From: Azolla caroliniana
Lineage: Eukaryota; Plantae; Polypodiophyta
Reading direction: 5' to 3'
Assembly: GCA_043228905.1 (NCBI GenBank)
Contig: JBHGNT010000005.1
Coordinates: forward strand, 13,826,001-13,890,000
Length of the DNA: 64,000 nt
Shown: piece after piece, positions 1-12,267 of the stretch
Layout: the number at the start of each line of letters is the position of its first letter
Numbering within the stretch: the first letter of the stretch is position 1
Program-made: the position numbers and the translations under genes
The notes under the pieces: generated by a model
The model's input: the letters and a program-made list of their open reading frames with translations, nothing else
Database searches by the model: none
Told to the model about the DNA's origin: nothing

Positions 1-204
1 CTATATTAGTACAAGACGTGCATGCGCAAGAATCAAGAAAAGGCGCCACGCATGGAGAAAGAAAACCTTCGCCGCGTAGAGTCCCTTTCATTTCGTGAAC
101 ATAGAGATCTCAACGCACACAGGCCATTACGAGTGATCAGGTGAGAGCACACAGAACACATAGGCGCACCAATCTTACCAACAACTACCGACTCCGACGA
201 CGAC

Positions 205-3050
205 ATGGAATGCATGGTACTCTCAGAAGCGGCTAAGAAATTGCTGAAGCAACATGGTCTAGAGGGATTCTTGAGGATAGTCGAAGCACCACCGCACAGA
301 GATGCGGGAAATGTCGTCAAAGACATCGAGACGGAGGTCATCACCAAGGAAGCCATCCGAGCCTCGATCGACAACCCTTCACAGGAGGTGCTGTTGAGGT
401 ATTTCGGAGAATACTCCCTAGGCAGCAAGGCGTACCGCACACAAGGCAGTGAAGACCTATTGTTTCGGGAAATTGCTCGGGTACTTCACGAGTATGGTCA
501 TGTATACCCCCGACCACCGACTATGCCCAGGAATAGAGCCGGTTTGATCAAAGCCACCTACGAGGGAGTACAAGTGGATTGGCCGGTAATGATTGCCGAC
601 GGCCTGAGCGCTGCCATCGTCTCAATAAAAGATGGCAAAAGGATTTGGACAGCGGTGGTGCAATGGCTCACTCTGTTAGCACCGACGGTGGAGCCCATGA
701 AACAAAGGAAGAGGGGAAGACCGACAAAATCGACCCCCAAAATAACTTCAAAACGGCAGCAACTCCTGGCTACCTAGGGGAAGGAACGGCGTAATCGGAA
801 GCGACTAGCAGAGAAGGAGGCATCGGTGGACACCTCGGGGAGACCTTTGAAAATAAAGTTGCGCTTGACGGAACAACAAGTAGAACAGCAGCCGGAGAAA
901 ACACAGGGGCAGGACCCCTTGGCGGTGTTAATCAATAGCAAGACCCTCGAGGAAGAACAACAGGAAGACGAGCCTACCGAGATGCTGATACGTCGTCGCC
1001 AGACAAGTGAAAAGGGCCACGAAGGGGGGACATCAAGACCAATGGAGGACATTATACTGGAACCCCTTCCTGAGGAGCCGTAGCCTAGGAAGGTGGCAAA
1101 ACTGGCTACACAAGAATTGGGGACGGAGCAATTGGTGCGGCAGGACATTGCGGAACCAGTGGTCTAGGACACGGCAGTACCAGTGGATCAAGAACTGGTC
1201 ATTGAATTGCCGGCGTTGCCGCCGCAACAGCAACAGTCAGAACCGGAGCGGCCGCTTGACGTAACCGTCCATAGTAGGCTCATGGCCAGTAAAAACGCCA
1301 TCCCACGACCAGAACCGGCATGACAACAAGGCACCGGCACTCAATGGCTACAATGGGTAGTAGAACAAGTGACCGGGGTTGTCTGCCAGTTAGAAGCGGA
1401 AGAGAAAGCGCATGAAGACCGGTTGCTAGCCACAAACGAGGAATTAGAGAAGGCCCGGTCAAGAATCCGGAGCGTGGAGGAAGACATAGAGAAGGCCAGA
1501 ACAGAAATGGCCAAGTTGGTCATAGAAGGACCACAACAATCAGAACCAGTGGCTCTGGTAACTTTACAGAACAATCAGACCCCGCTGACTGAGGTAGGCC
1601 CAGATACTCATAAAAGGTCAGCACAAGAGCTCGCCCACATTAAGGGAAGACCTGGCAGCACAAGAAGCCTTACATGCCAGGGAACAAGAATTGAAAAAAG
1701 CGGCGGAGGAGGAACAAAGGAAGACGACCGACAACCTCTGCCGAGCAGAGGAAAGCTTGAGAAGAGGTCATCAAGCATATGACCGGCTGAAAGAAGAGAA
1801 AGACAAACTCCTGCAAGAAAAAGAGAAACTCTGGCGGACGGTGGAAGTGGAGATTGAGCGCCTCAAAGAGGAGCTCCGGAAACAAAAAGACCATGAGGAC
1901 CCTGCTCACCGGCTAATCAATCAAAAGCTAAAACAGAAAACCGACGACTTCGACCAACTGCGCCGGGATTATAAGCATTTGGATGCTGGTAATAAGAAAT
2001 TAATTACTGAAAGTGACCGGCAACAGGAAAAGTGCAGGGAACTCAGGAGGAAATTAACCTAATGACGGAGGCATTGATGGGCGAGCAGTCGAAGGGAGCC
2101 GAAGTACCTAAACAACTGGCGGAAGTATTGAAAGAGCGACTGGACCTGCAAGTGAAGCACCATGCGGAAACGGAGCGCACTACAATGACTCTGAACAAAG
2201 TTCAGACGACCTATCAGACCCAATTCATGCACTACAAAAGCCAAGAAGTGGCAACCGAGGGCCTGATCAAACAATTGAAGGATGAAAAATAGGGCGCGGA
2301 GAACTAGTAAAAGATGGGGCTGGCGAGGATCCGGGACATTGTACTGGAATGGAGGAATTGAACGAAACAATTCGTGGAAGAAAGCTCAGTACAGTGGTGG
2401 TCTAAGTGGGCTAAGCAGGTAGCGGAGCTATAGTTGCTACGAGCAGATGCGGAAAACCGGCGGAAAGAGGGCAACGAAGTTTACATCCTGGATAAGGAAA
2501 GCATCGAAGCGATAAAGGAAGAATTGTCAGATGATTTCATATCCTTGGCTGATCAGCAGAGGGTGGCGGTATGCTAGTTGGTGGCATAGCTGGATGATGA
2601 CCAGCTAGACAACCACCTCCGTTTCGAATAGTACGAATGGGGGCAACGACGGCAAGAAGTGGCCAAGAAAACTCCGGCGATTAGCATCAGTGACGAGGAG
2701 CTATCTTTAGAACAAACGCTGGTTAAAGCCGGGGGAAGCCAACCAAATAGTACTCAGGAGGAGCCGCTAAAGGAAGGTCATCTGGAGGAACCGGTGCACG
2801 CCGAACAGCAGAACCAGGAGACGTCAAGACCAGTAGAGCCAGAAAAGGAGGAAGAGTCGGTAGGACCAGTCGAGCTGGAAATGGAGAAAGAGCCGGTCAG
2901 ACCGACAGAGCCACAGGAAACAGACAACAACCAGAAGCAACCACAACTGCAACTGGAGCGGCTCCAAGAGCAGCCACAACCGAAGGAATAGTAGAAACCG
3001 GGGCAACAACTGGAGGAGGAGCAACAATAGCTGCAGACGATAGAACAACT
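205..3050 (+). pseudogene. Degenerate extra (ORF2-like) coiled-coil gene of Ty3/gypsy element A; its 5' part lies outside the window
   Basis: Chain of broken ORFs (205-777, 826-1083, 1369-1782, 1691-2062, 2032-2292, 2659-2991). The N-terminus (..HGLEGFLRI.., YEGVQVDWPVMIADGL) resembles the ORF downstream of integrase in element B (..KGMEGYLKV.., YEGEVFDWVLLMGEAL). Both are followed by CCCACGGGCGTG (3148 and 32153). Confidence 0.6.
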
Positions 3051-3162
3051 TCCCGAGGAACCATTGGAACCCTTAGATCAAAGCATTCTGTACATTTTGG
3101 AGGACGAATGAAGGCCGGATCGTGGGATTCAACGTACAAGGTACTGTCCCACGGGCGTGGCA

Positions 3163-3560
3163 TGTGTTAGCCGGCCGGCAAGGGAAGTCCAAAATAGGGA
3201 AAGGGGGATAATTAATAACCAGGAGCTGATTATATATAATATAGAATTATTATGATTTTGAGAAGCGAACAGACGAACCCGGAATTGGTATGCCGGTCCG
3301 GATCCGGATCGGTTCGTAGCCGGTTGCCGGTTGGCACCGGTTTGTACCTAGAGCCGGAGACTTATAAAAGGGCCCGGTTAGATTGTAATCATTAGTGGAT
3401 AATTAATAGAGTGTTGTTGTTCTATATCTTAATCAGTGTTAATTATTGTTCCGTGCTAAGTATAATTCATCTTACGCGTGTATTGTGACTAATGATCTTG
3501 TCGATTAGTAACCAATTAGGATTTCATTAATAGTTCGGTCTAAGTTTATCTCACTGCAAC
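3163..3560 (+). mobile_element. Probable LTR / 3' terminal region of element A
   Basis: Follows the conserved CCCACGGGCGTG motif and contains TATAAAA at ~3364 and an AT-rich tail. No partner LTR in the window, so boundaries are approximate. Confidence 0.35.
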
Positions 3561-3723
3561 ACCCCTTTGGTGAAGTGTCTCAAAGGGACACCCTGTATTA
3601 GGCCATTGTCCGGCCCTAACGATATAATATTTCCCTGTTGTCTACTCCTTGTAATCTGTTTTACTCTGCAATATAATATTTCCCTTTCAATTCTCTCTTT
3701 CTTTGTCTTAGCACTATACTTCT

Positions 3724-3749
3724 GTGTGTGTGTGTGTGTGTGTGTGTGT
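3724..3749. repeat. (TG)n microsatellite, probably in an LTR remnant ending TTGACA at 3754
   Basis: Dinucleotide run visible directly. Confidence 0.85.
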
Positions 3750-3759
3750 TGACAACTAC

Positions 3760-6700
3760 TGTTAGGCTGACCATGGTTAAAAGCGACTAATATAAAGCAA
3801 AATTGGAACAAGAATGTGCTAACATTCAGAAAGGGAAAAACTAAAATTCGGATATCAACTCAGGCCAAAGTCAGTATGGCTCGACAATGTCTACAAATCC
3901 ATGTAGAGTTAGTTAATATGATGGAAGGACTGGATGAAGTAGACGAAGAACGGTATTTTAGCGACAACCCAAAGATCATTCCACTATCCGAAGTCGACAT
4001 TTTGCAGACGCTCACTCCTTATATAGAAGACAAGGAAGATGAAATTTTGGTGGATGCGGGGACATTAAAGGAGACCGCAATAGGAAGCCACTGAAAAGGA
4101 AATGCAGGTGGCTGAAAGAGTACAAGCATCGACACTTGAGGAACTCAAATTACTCTGAGTGGGCTTTATTCGACCAATGAAGAAAGAAACTTGGCGAAGT
4201 TCGATTGTAGCGGTCCCTAAGAAGAATGGTAAAATTTTAGTGTGTGTGGATTACAAAAAACTCAATGCAGCCATAGTGACAGATGCATTTACATTACCAT
4301 TTACGGATGACATTTTGGATGCAGTGGCATGCCATGAGATTTACAGTTTCCTTGATGGTTTTAGTGGTTATAATCAGGTTCGGATGCATCCAGAAGATCA
4401 AGAGAAGACAACTTTTGTAACAAAATGGGGAGTATTTGTGGCAGTTATCATGATGTTTGGGTTAAAAATGGCTCCTACAACATTTCAAAGGGTAATCCAA
4501 GAAATTTTTAATGATTATATCCTTGCATTTATGCAAGTTTTCCTGGATGAATTCGCGGTCTACAGTCGGAAGACTGAACATTTCGAACACTTACGACTAT
4601 GTTTAGAATGGTCGACAAGGTCGACTTAGTCTCAATCCGGCCAAATGTGCATTCGGGGTAACAAGCGAAGCATTGATGGGCCATATAGTAAGCCAGGATG
4701 GCATTGCAATCGGTACCGACAAAGTAAAGGAAATAATGGAAGCACCGGCACCGACCAATGCAAAGGCTCTCGGTCGATAAGTAGATGGCATAGTCGGATG
4801 ATTCGCTATCTTGCTGATGTGGCCATACCGCTACACAGAATGGTACACAAAACACCTTTCCAATGGACAACAATGGATCAGGATGCTTATGATTGCCTAA
4901 AAAGAATGCTTCCTAAGGTTCCTGCAGTACAACCTCCCAACTGGAGAAATCTTTTCACGTCTTCGTCGATGCGTTAGATATGGCGATTGGCAGTTCCCTA
5001 ATGGAGTTGTTGGACCCGAGCTGGTATAGGCCAGTATACTACACGAGTCAGAATTTCTCCACCGCGGAAAGAAATTACTCAACCACCGAGCGGGAGGCTC
5101 TTAACATGAGTTACAACATTAATTAATTTTGACACTACATATTGGGTCGGAAATTTACATTCCACATAGACCATTCAGCCTTGCTATATTTAGTGTCCAA
5201 ACAGGAACTCACAGGTAAATTTGCAAGGGGGACATTGTTGTTTCAGGATTTTGAATTCGACATTCTTCATCAACCAAGGGTGGAACATGCAATTGCCAAC
5301 TACCTTAGTCGACTAGAGTCGGGAGAGGAAGGAATAGAAGTTAAGGATGATTTTCCCGATGCTCAATTTTTTTGGGTTGACATAGTACCAGCCACAGAGA
5401 TGGGCAAGGACAAAACGGATGCATGGATTACAGAAATGACAATTTTTCTTAATAGAGAGGACTACCACCCGAAAATATGTCTCTAGATGAAAGGAAGCGA
5501 TTAGCCGTAAGGAGTTAGAATTTCTGTCTGTTGAATGAGACACTGTACCATAAAGGGGCTGATGGGATATGGCGGCGTGCGGTTTAGCAATTTGAGAAAG
5601 AAGGAATTAGTCCGCTAATGTCAAGCGAGTTGAGCCCGAATTGGCGAATTGGAGTCATTTCCGGAACAATACTTCCTACCACTGACATGTGTCCAATACG
5701 CATGGGAAGACGCGCAAATTTATAGGAAACCCACTGCGGTATAGCCAGAGGACATTATGCGGGAGAAGCAACGACTAAGAAGATATGGAGCAGTGGCATG
5801 TGGTGGCTGACAACTACTAAGGATGCAATCGAGTATTGTCGACCATGTGACTTGTGTCAACGAACTGGGCATCCAACAGAAAAAGACAGGATGCCTTTTG
5901 ATCTAGTCTTACCGTTAGAACCCATAAAAAAATGGGGTCTGGACATTGTCGGCCCATTTAAACCAGCAGCTGTTAGGACCGGCAATCATTATATTATAGT
6001 AGCTACAAACTACTACACGAAATGGGTTGAAGCTAAGACTTTACGGGATAACATGGTCGCATCAACAACCAAGTTTCTCTACAAAAACGTATGGTGTCGT
6101 TTCGGGTGACCAATCGAATTAGTCATTGATCAAGGCACTCATTTTAATAAAATGGTACATGAATTATCTAGACATATTATGCAGTGGTGCACAAAAAGAG
6201 TACTCCGTACTACCCTTAGGCTAATGGATAAGCAGAGTCGACCAACAAAACTCTTCAAATGATTTTAAGAAAAATAGTTAATGAAAATAGAACTGATTGG
6301 GATCAAAAAATTAAATAGTGATTTATGGGCCTATTGCACCTCATACAAAATGATCATCAAATTGACTCCATTTAGAATGGCTTTTGGGTTAGAAGAAGTA
6401 ATGCCAATAGAATTTCAGGTGTCGACATTACGAGTATAAGTCATCGAAAGATTGGACGAAGAACAGTCAGAAAGAGTTCGAAAGGAACAATTGCTCATTT
6501 TGGAAGAAAGTAGGCTGCAGCTAATGTATGCACTTGAGCAAAAACAACGCCAGACGAAGACATTTGTGAATCAACACTGAAAGCAAAAAGAGAACATGTT
6601 CGCGATTGGTAAGCTTGTACTAGTCTTCCAGACTAAGATGTGCTCAATGCCCAGAAAACTCTAATGTAGATGGAAAGGGCCAGTTTGGATAGTCGACAAC

Positions 6701-6810
6701 AATAATGGTACATGGTCGGCACACTTTCAGGGGAAATTATGCCGAAATGGGTAAATGGTTTTCGACTAAAACAATATAAGGGATCAATGCCAATAAATCC
6801 ATTTCAAGTC
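3760..6810 (+). pseudogene. Degenerate Ty3/gypsy pol (RT, RNase H, integrase) of element B
   Basis: VPKKNGKILVCVDYKKLN, FLDGFSGYNQV, MFGLKMAPTTFQR, FLDEF (RT); NYSTTEREAL, DHSALLYL (RNase H); CRPCDLCQR, KWGLDIVGPF, YYTKWVEA (integrase). Many stops and frameshifts. Confidence 0.9.
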
Positions 6811-7220
6811 GGAGTCGGAGTGGACACCGACAATCAGCCAATCCCGCCATGATGTGGCAAGGTCACAAATGTAAATAATAATAATAATAATTAGTCTTGG
6901 CAAAAATATAACAGAAATAACAGAAAACACATGATGACTTCTTGGAGTGGTTTTCTTTTAAGACTATATATGGACAAGCCACAAAATCATGCAACATTCA
7001 TTATGAGTGGTGGAGCTATTATTACTATATTAGTACTATTACTATCATAAATAACATATTCTTTTCAAAACGCCTATTCTCTCAAAACCCTACCTTTTCA
7101 CTTCCTATCTCACAAAAGCAGAAACTTTTTCGAGTGCACAGGTTTTCTTCATCTCCTTTCTGCACACAGCAATCCAGATCTCCATCGCTCATCAGTTCCG
7201 ACATCTCCCAAGAAGATAAC

Positions 7221-8945
7221 ATGCCGATTCCGGTATCAAACGAAATGCGATAGTGGCTGCGCAATAAAGGAATGGAAGGGTATTTGAAGGTTGCGATGTC
7301 GAACCGCACCCACGCATCACAGAAATACTCCAGAGAATCGACATAGTCAAAATCACCAACAAACAGGTACGTCGAGTTCTAAATCTCAGAAGAGAAAGAT
7401 TTGACACAATGGAGAAACTTAAACCAGAAGTGCTGACGTCATATTACAACGAGTATTTGGAATCGGCCAAGGCCTATCAAACTCAAGGCGGGCAAGATTA
7501 ATTCTTCAACGAAGTCGCCAAGTTTCTGTTAGAGGTACCATTCGTGAGTCCCCGATTTTATTGCATGCCTAAAGAAAGGGCATGTTTTATGATATCTACA
7601 TATGAAGGGGAAGTGTTCGATTGGGTACTCTTGATGGGGGAGGCGCTCAGGGAACAACTTAATGGGGTTCAACATGTAAAACCCATGAAGCCAATATTCG
7701 CTAGATGGTTAACCGTACCCTACCCAACGCCTAGTTCGGAGAGTCGGCAAAGCACCCCAAGGACAGAGGGGCAACCATAGCGATAGGCCACATTGAAGGC
7801 TCGGAGACAAGTGCCACATGAAAAATGGCAAGAACTGGAGCTGATGCATGTAGACAACCACTAGTCGGAACCAGACTGACAATCCGAAGTGGAAACCGAG
7901 CAACCACAGGAGCCAATATCGATTCCTATGCCCAAAATCGGAGTACCTACACTGACACCAACCCCAACACCTCAACATGTTCAAGAACCGGTTCCGAATC
8001 CAAACACAACACAACAAACGGGACGGGCAAAACAGGAAGCTCAACGATACCCTCCAACGGAAAAAGAAGCACCTGCTGCGAAATGACAGAAAGTGGAAAC
8101 ACAACAACAGCAAACAGAAGAGGAAGACGTGTTGATCCAAATGACACGAGCAGGGTAGAGAAGGGGAAATCATCATTGATGACTCCCAGGGAAGTATTAG
8201 GGGTACCTGAACTTCCACTGGTTGCACATGAATTGCCAACAATTATGCAATTCGGCACATCATATGAACTGGTCGAATGGCTAGCCCAACGCTTGCATGA
8301 AATATCGGGATTGCTAGCCCAAGAACACAAGGATCAGGTGATGATCCAGAAGTCATTGATTGGCGCTGTCGAGCCGAAGGAACAACATGAAATTGATAGA
8401 ATCGGCCGACAACGGAATGCTAAAAATTGAGGAGAGGCAATTCAAATGCCTCCGTAACATACAATACTCGTTGAAGTGCATAGAGAATATGAAAGGGAAA
8501 ATAGGGAAACTAAAGACATGGTTGAAGCATACAAGAAATCCACGATGGCGGCATATCGACTACAAGAACAATGTGCGAAAAGCCAAGCCGACAACGCTAA
8601 ATTGTCGGAAAAATTAGAAGAAGTTAAAGGTCAGTTAAAGACACAATAATTTCTTCACATGTCACAAGAACCCAATCATCAAGTCCAAGAACAACTGAAA
8701 GAAGCCAAAAAGAAGGTAGAAGACACGACTGCGAGAGCCACCACAACTGAACAAAAGGTAAAAAACAATTAGAAGACCACATATTGCTGACTAAAACTGA
8801 AATAAGTAAATGGCTAGATGCTAAGGATGAGGTCATCCAATAGTTAAAGCGGAGGTTGGCACAACAATAGGATGAAATCAAACCGCATGAAGAAAAAGTG
8901 CAGGAGTTGGAGGAGTATATTCGAATACAGGAGGACTACTTCGCG
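7221..8945 (+). pseudogene. Extra 3' ORF of gypsy element B, 5' part; resumes at 31577-32160 after the nested insertions
   Basis: ATG at 7221 (MPIPVSNEMR..), homology to element A ORF2, coiled-coil composition. Reading continues plausibly across the insertion (EYIRIQEDYFA | ARITELRKQLA). Confidence 0.6.
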
Positions 8946-9399
8946 TGTAACGAAATGGGAGGCAAGAGTGATTGCAATGCAACGGAAGAATATTGAGAGT
9001 GTGTGTGTGTGAGGCAATAGAGGGAGAGAGAGAGAGAGAGCTCTTAAGGTAGAGATAGAAAAACTGTATATTAACCAAAAAATACATCAAACATAAAACA
9101 TCCAACAATAACTAAGTTACAATGTGTTGGTTTATATACCAACTAAGCTAGGGCAAGTGCCCTTTCTACTATTTACAAAACTAGCCCAACATGTCCATGA
9201 GCTAGTGTGAAACCTATCTATGGGAAGTTGAGTTCGACTCTCAACACGCCCCTTCGAACACAACTTCTATCTGTCGAGAAGGTTGTTCGGTTCGAACTTC
9301 GACTTGTCTAGTCGGTTGTGTTGTGTACTCGTGTACTTGATCAATTGCGTATGTGTTGCGGATCGTTGCGTATTGCTTCCATCTCGCCTGTACCTGTAC

Positions 9400-11320
9400 T
9401 CTCCCTCAAGTTCGGCAATGTAGATGTCGTGAGACCAAGGTCCAATGCAAATTTCCCGAACTTATCGACTCCTAAGGCCTTCGTAAATATATCAGCAACT
9501 TGGAGGTGTGTACTGATATGTTATAGATTGATCTCGCCGGCCTATATGCGCTCGCGGATGAAGTGGTAATGCACTTCGATATGTTTAGTTTGCGCGGAAT
9601 ATGGGGTTCCGCGCTAGGTAGATACTGCTCATGTTGTCCCAGTAGAGACAAATTGGATCCTTGATGGGAACACCCAGATCCTTTAGGATGCGTTTAAACC
9701 ATATGACTTCGCATGTGGCGACTGCTGCGCCCGTATATTCGGCTTCCGTGCTCGACAGTGCGACTATCGGCTATTTCTTACTACTCCAAGAGATTGCTCC
9801 ACTACCGACGGAGAAGACAAATCCGGAGGTGCATCGTCTATCCGCTTTGTAGCCTGCTCAGTCCGCATCGATGTACCCTTTGAGTCGAATAGTCGTGTTC
9901 GACTTATACATGATGTCGTAAGCCATTGTCATACTGACATACCGTAGTATCCTCTTAGCACAATCAAGATGAAGGTTTCGCGGATTCTGCATGAATTGGC
10001 TAAGTAGGCCGACCGAATAACTGAAGTCGGGTTGCGTAATGGTTAAATAGATCAAACTACGGATCAATTGTCGATACAGAGTCGGCTCGTTCTCAGTGGT
10101 TTCGGAATTGGCATCAATCTTTAGGTTACAATCGAGAGGGGTAGACACAGGCTTGCACTCAGTCATTCTGAACTTGTAGAGTAAGTTGAGGACGTAGTGC
10201 CGTTTTGTGAGATCATTATCCCGACTCGTGTCTGAATTACTTCAATCCCTAGGAAGTAATGGAGTTCGTGCAGGTCTTTCATTTCGAATATGCCAGAGAG
10301 AAGTGTTTTGACTTTGTTGATCTCGGCGAGATCCTTTACTCCGATGACCAATTCATCCACGTATAGGATGATGATGATCGATCCGACTCATTTCGGATGT
10401 ACAGAGAAGTATCGGATTTTGACATCCGAAATCCGACTTGATGAAGATACTACGTGATCTTCCAATGCGAAGCACGCGGTGCTTGTTTGAGGCTGTAGAG
10501 TGGCTTCTTGAGTTGGCATATGGCGTGTGGATATTTACGTGATTCGAATCCGGGTGGTTGTATCATGTACACCTCTTCTTCTAACTCTCCTTGGAGGAAA
10601 ACATTTTTCACGTCCATCTGGTGGAGGTGCCATCCCTTCACTGCGGTGAGTGCAATTACTGTCCATACAGTTGTCATCTTTGCCACCGGGGCCAAGGTTT
10701 CTTCATAGTCTATGCCGTGCGTTTGCGCGTAGCCTTTCGCAACGAGTCGTGCTTTGAAGCGATTTACGGATCCGTCGACATTGTATTTTACTTGGTATAT
10801 CCATCTACAGCCAATCACTTTCTTGTTCGGGGGGAGAGGAACGAGATCCTATGCCTCGTTTTTGCATAAAGCTTCCATCTCCTCATTCATCCCGTCGACC
10901 CATCGCGGATCCTTTGCGGCTTCCGAAAGCGTTTCCGGTTCCCGTACTGACGCTACTTTCATCATAAAAGCGTAGTGATACGCCATGTACTCGTCGTAGC
11001 TGTAGCGGTTTACAAGGTTCTTTTCACGTGTGGATCAGCGTAGCTCTCGATCTGTGGGGAGTATGGCTTTCTTCACTCCATCTATGCGGATGTCGAAATC
11101 TTCAAATTCATTGTCAAGAGAGTGAACCATCTCGGTCTCTTCCTACTCTTCATATTCCCCCATTTTCACCTTCCCTTTGTCTAGCTTCGGACTCGACCGA
11201 GATGTGCTTTCATCAGTTGGCGGCTCTGATGGCCCACTCAGCCGTGGCGTAATTGGGTTGTCTTCTAACATCTGTGTGAGCCGACCCTCAACTTCTATTT
11301 CAATTTCAGTGTCATCCGCA
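9400..11320 (-). pseudogene. Copia C reverse transcriptase / RNase H remnant
   Basis: [53 protein letters not shown]; disrupted by stops. Confidence 0.9.
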
Positions 11321-12267
11321 GTGTCGTAGTGTAATTCGCACATTACGTGAAAATTGCATTTTGGTCCTTCCGGATGGGTAAGGAGGATCTGGTAAGGAGA
11401 ACCGTTAAGAACTGGATCAAGCAGAACCGACAAGAGCCAGATGAAGAAGGCCGGTGAGAGTCGGTGAGAAACGGACGAAGAGGACCTGTAAGGAAGACCC
11501 GATAAGAACCGGATAAAGAAAACCGGTGAGAACCGGATGAAGCAAAGCCGGTAAGAACCGGATAAAGAAAACCGGCGAGAACCGGATGAAGCAGACCCGA
11601 CAAGAGCCGGATGAAGAAGGCCGGTGAGAGTCTCTCACCGGATGAAGAGACATATTTGTAAATAGAAGAAAGTATAAAAGTATATATTACATGCATAGAG
11701 CAAGATTCAAACCTTGCACCTCCATGTTTATAATTTAAAGCCTTACCATTACACTAACATATCATTAGTGTTAAAAAAGTAAAAGTCCCACATAGAAAGT
11801 TAAGTTTACGCTAGGATAAACTTTAGTTAGAAGAAAACGCGTGATAAAAGAAAAAGCTACGCATGCACATGTAGCGTGCATGAACACCATAATCGATAAA
11901 AACGCATTAAGTTCGAAAAAGTAGGATCACTTTAGAAAAAGCATGTTAGAGAAAGCATGAAGTCTATCTATAGAAAAAGCATGGATTGTGAAGACTCCCT
12001 CATCACCATACAAGGATGGGGAGCACAATGTAATAGGGGTGCGGAATATTTGGAAATTGGATATATTTCCTAAAACACCAATTAATATAATATATTCGTG
12101 GGATTCATGAATTTGTGATCAAAATTGTCTCTTACTATCTAAATATTGATTAAATACACTAAACTCGTGGGATTCACGAGATTCATAACTTACCTATCTT
12201 TCTACCTATTCATTACTAGCCTTATCTCAGATTCTTCCTCCTCCTAGTCCAAAACCTCAGTGGTTCC

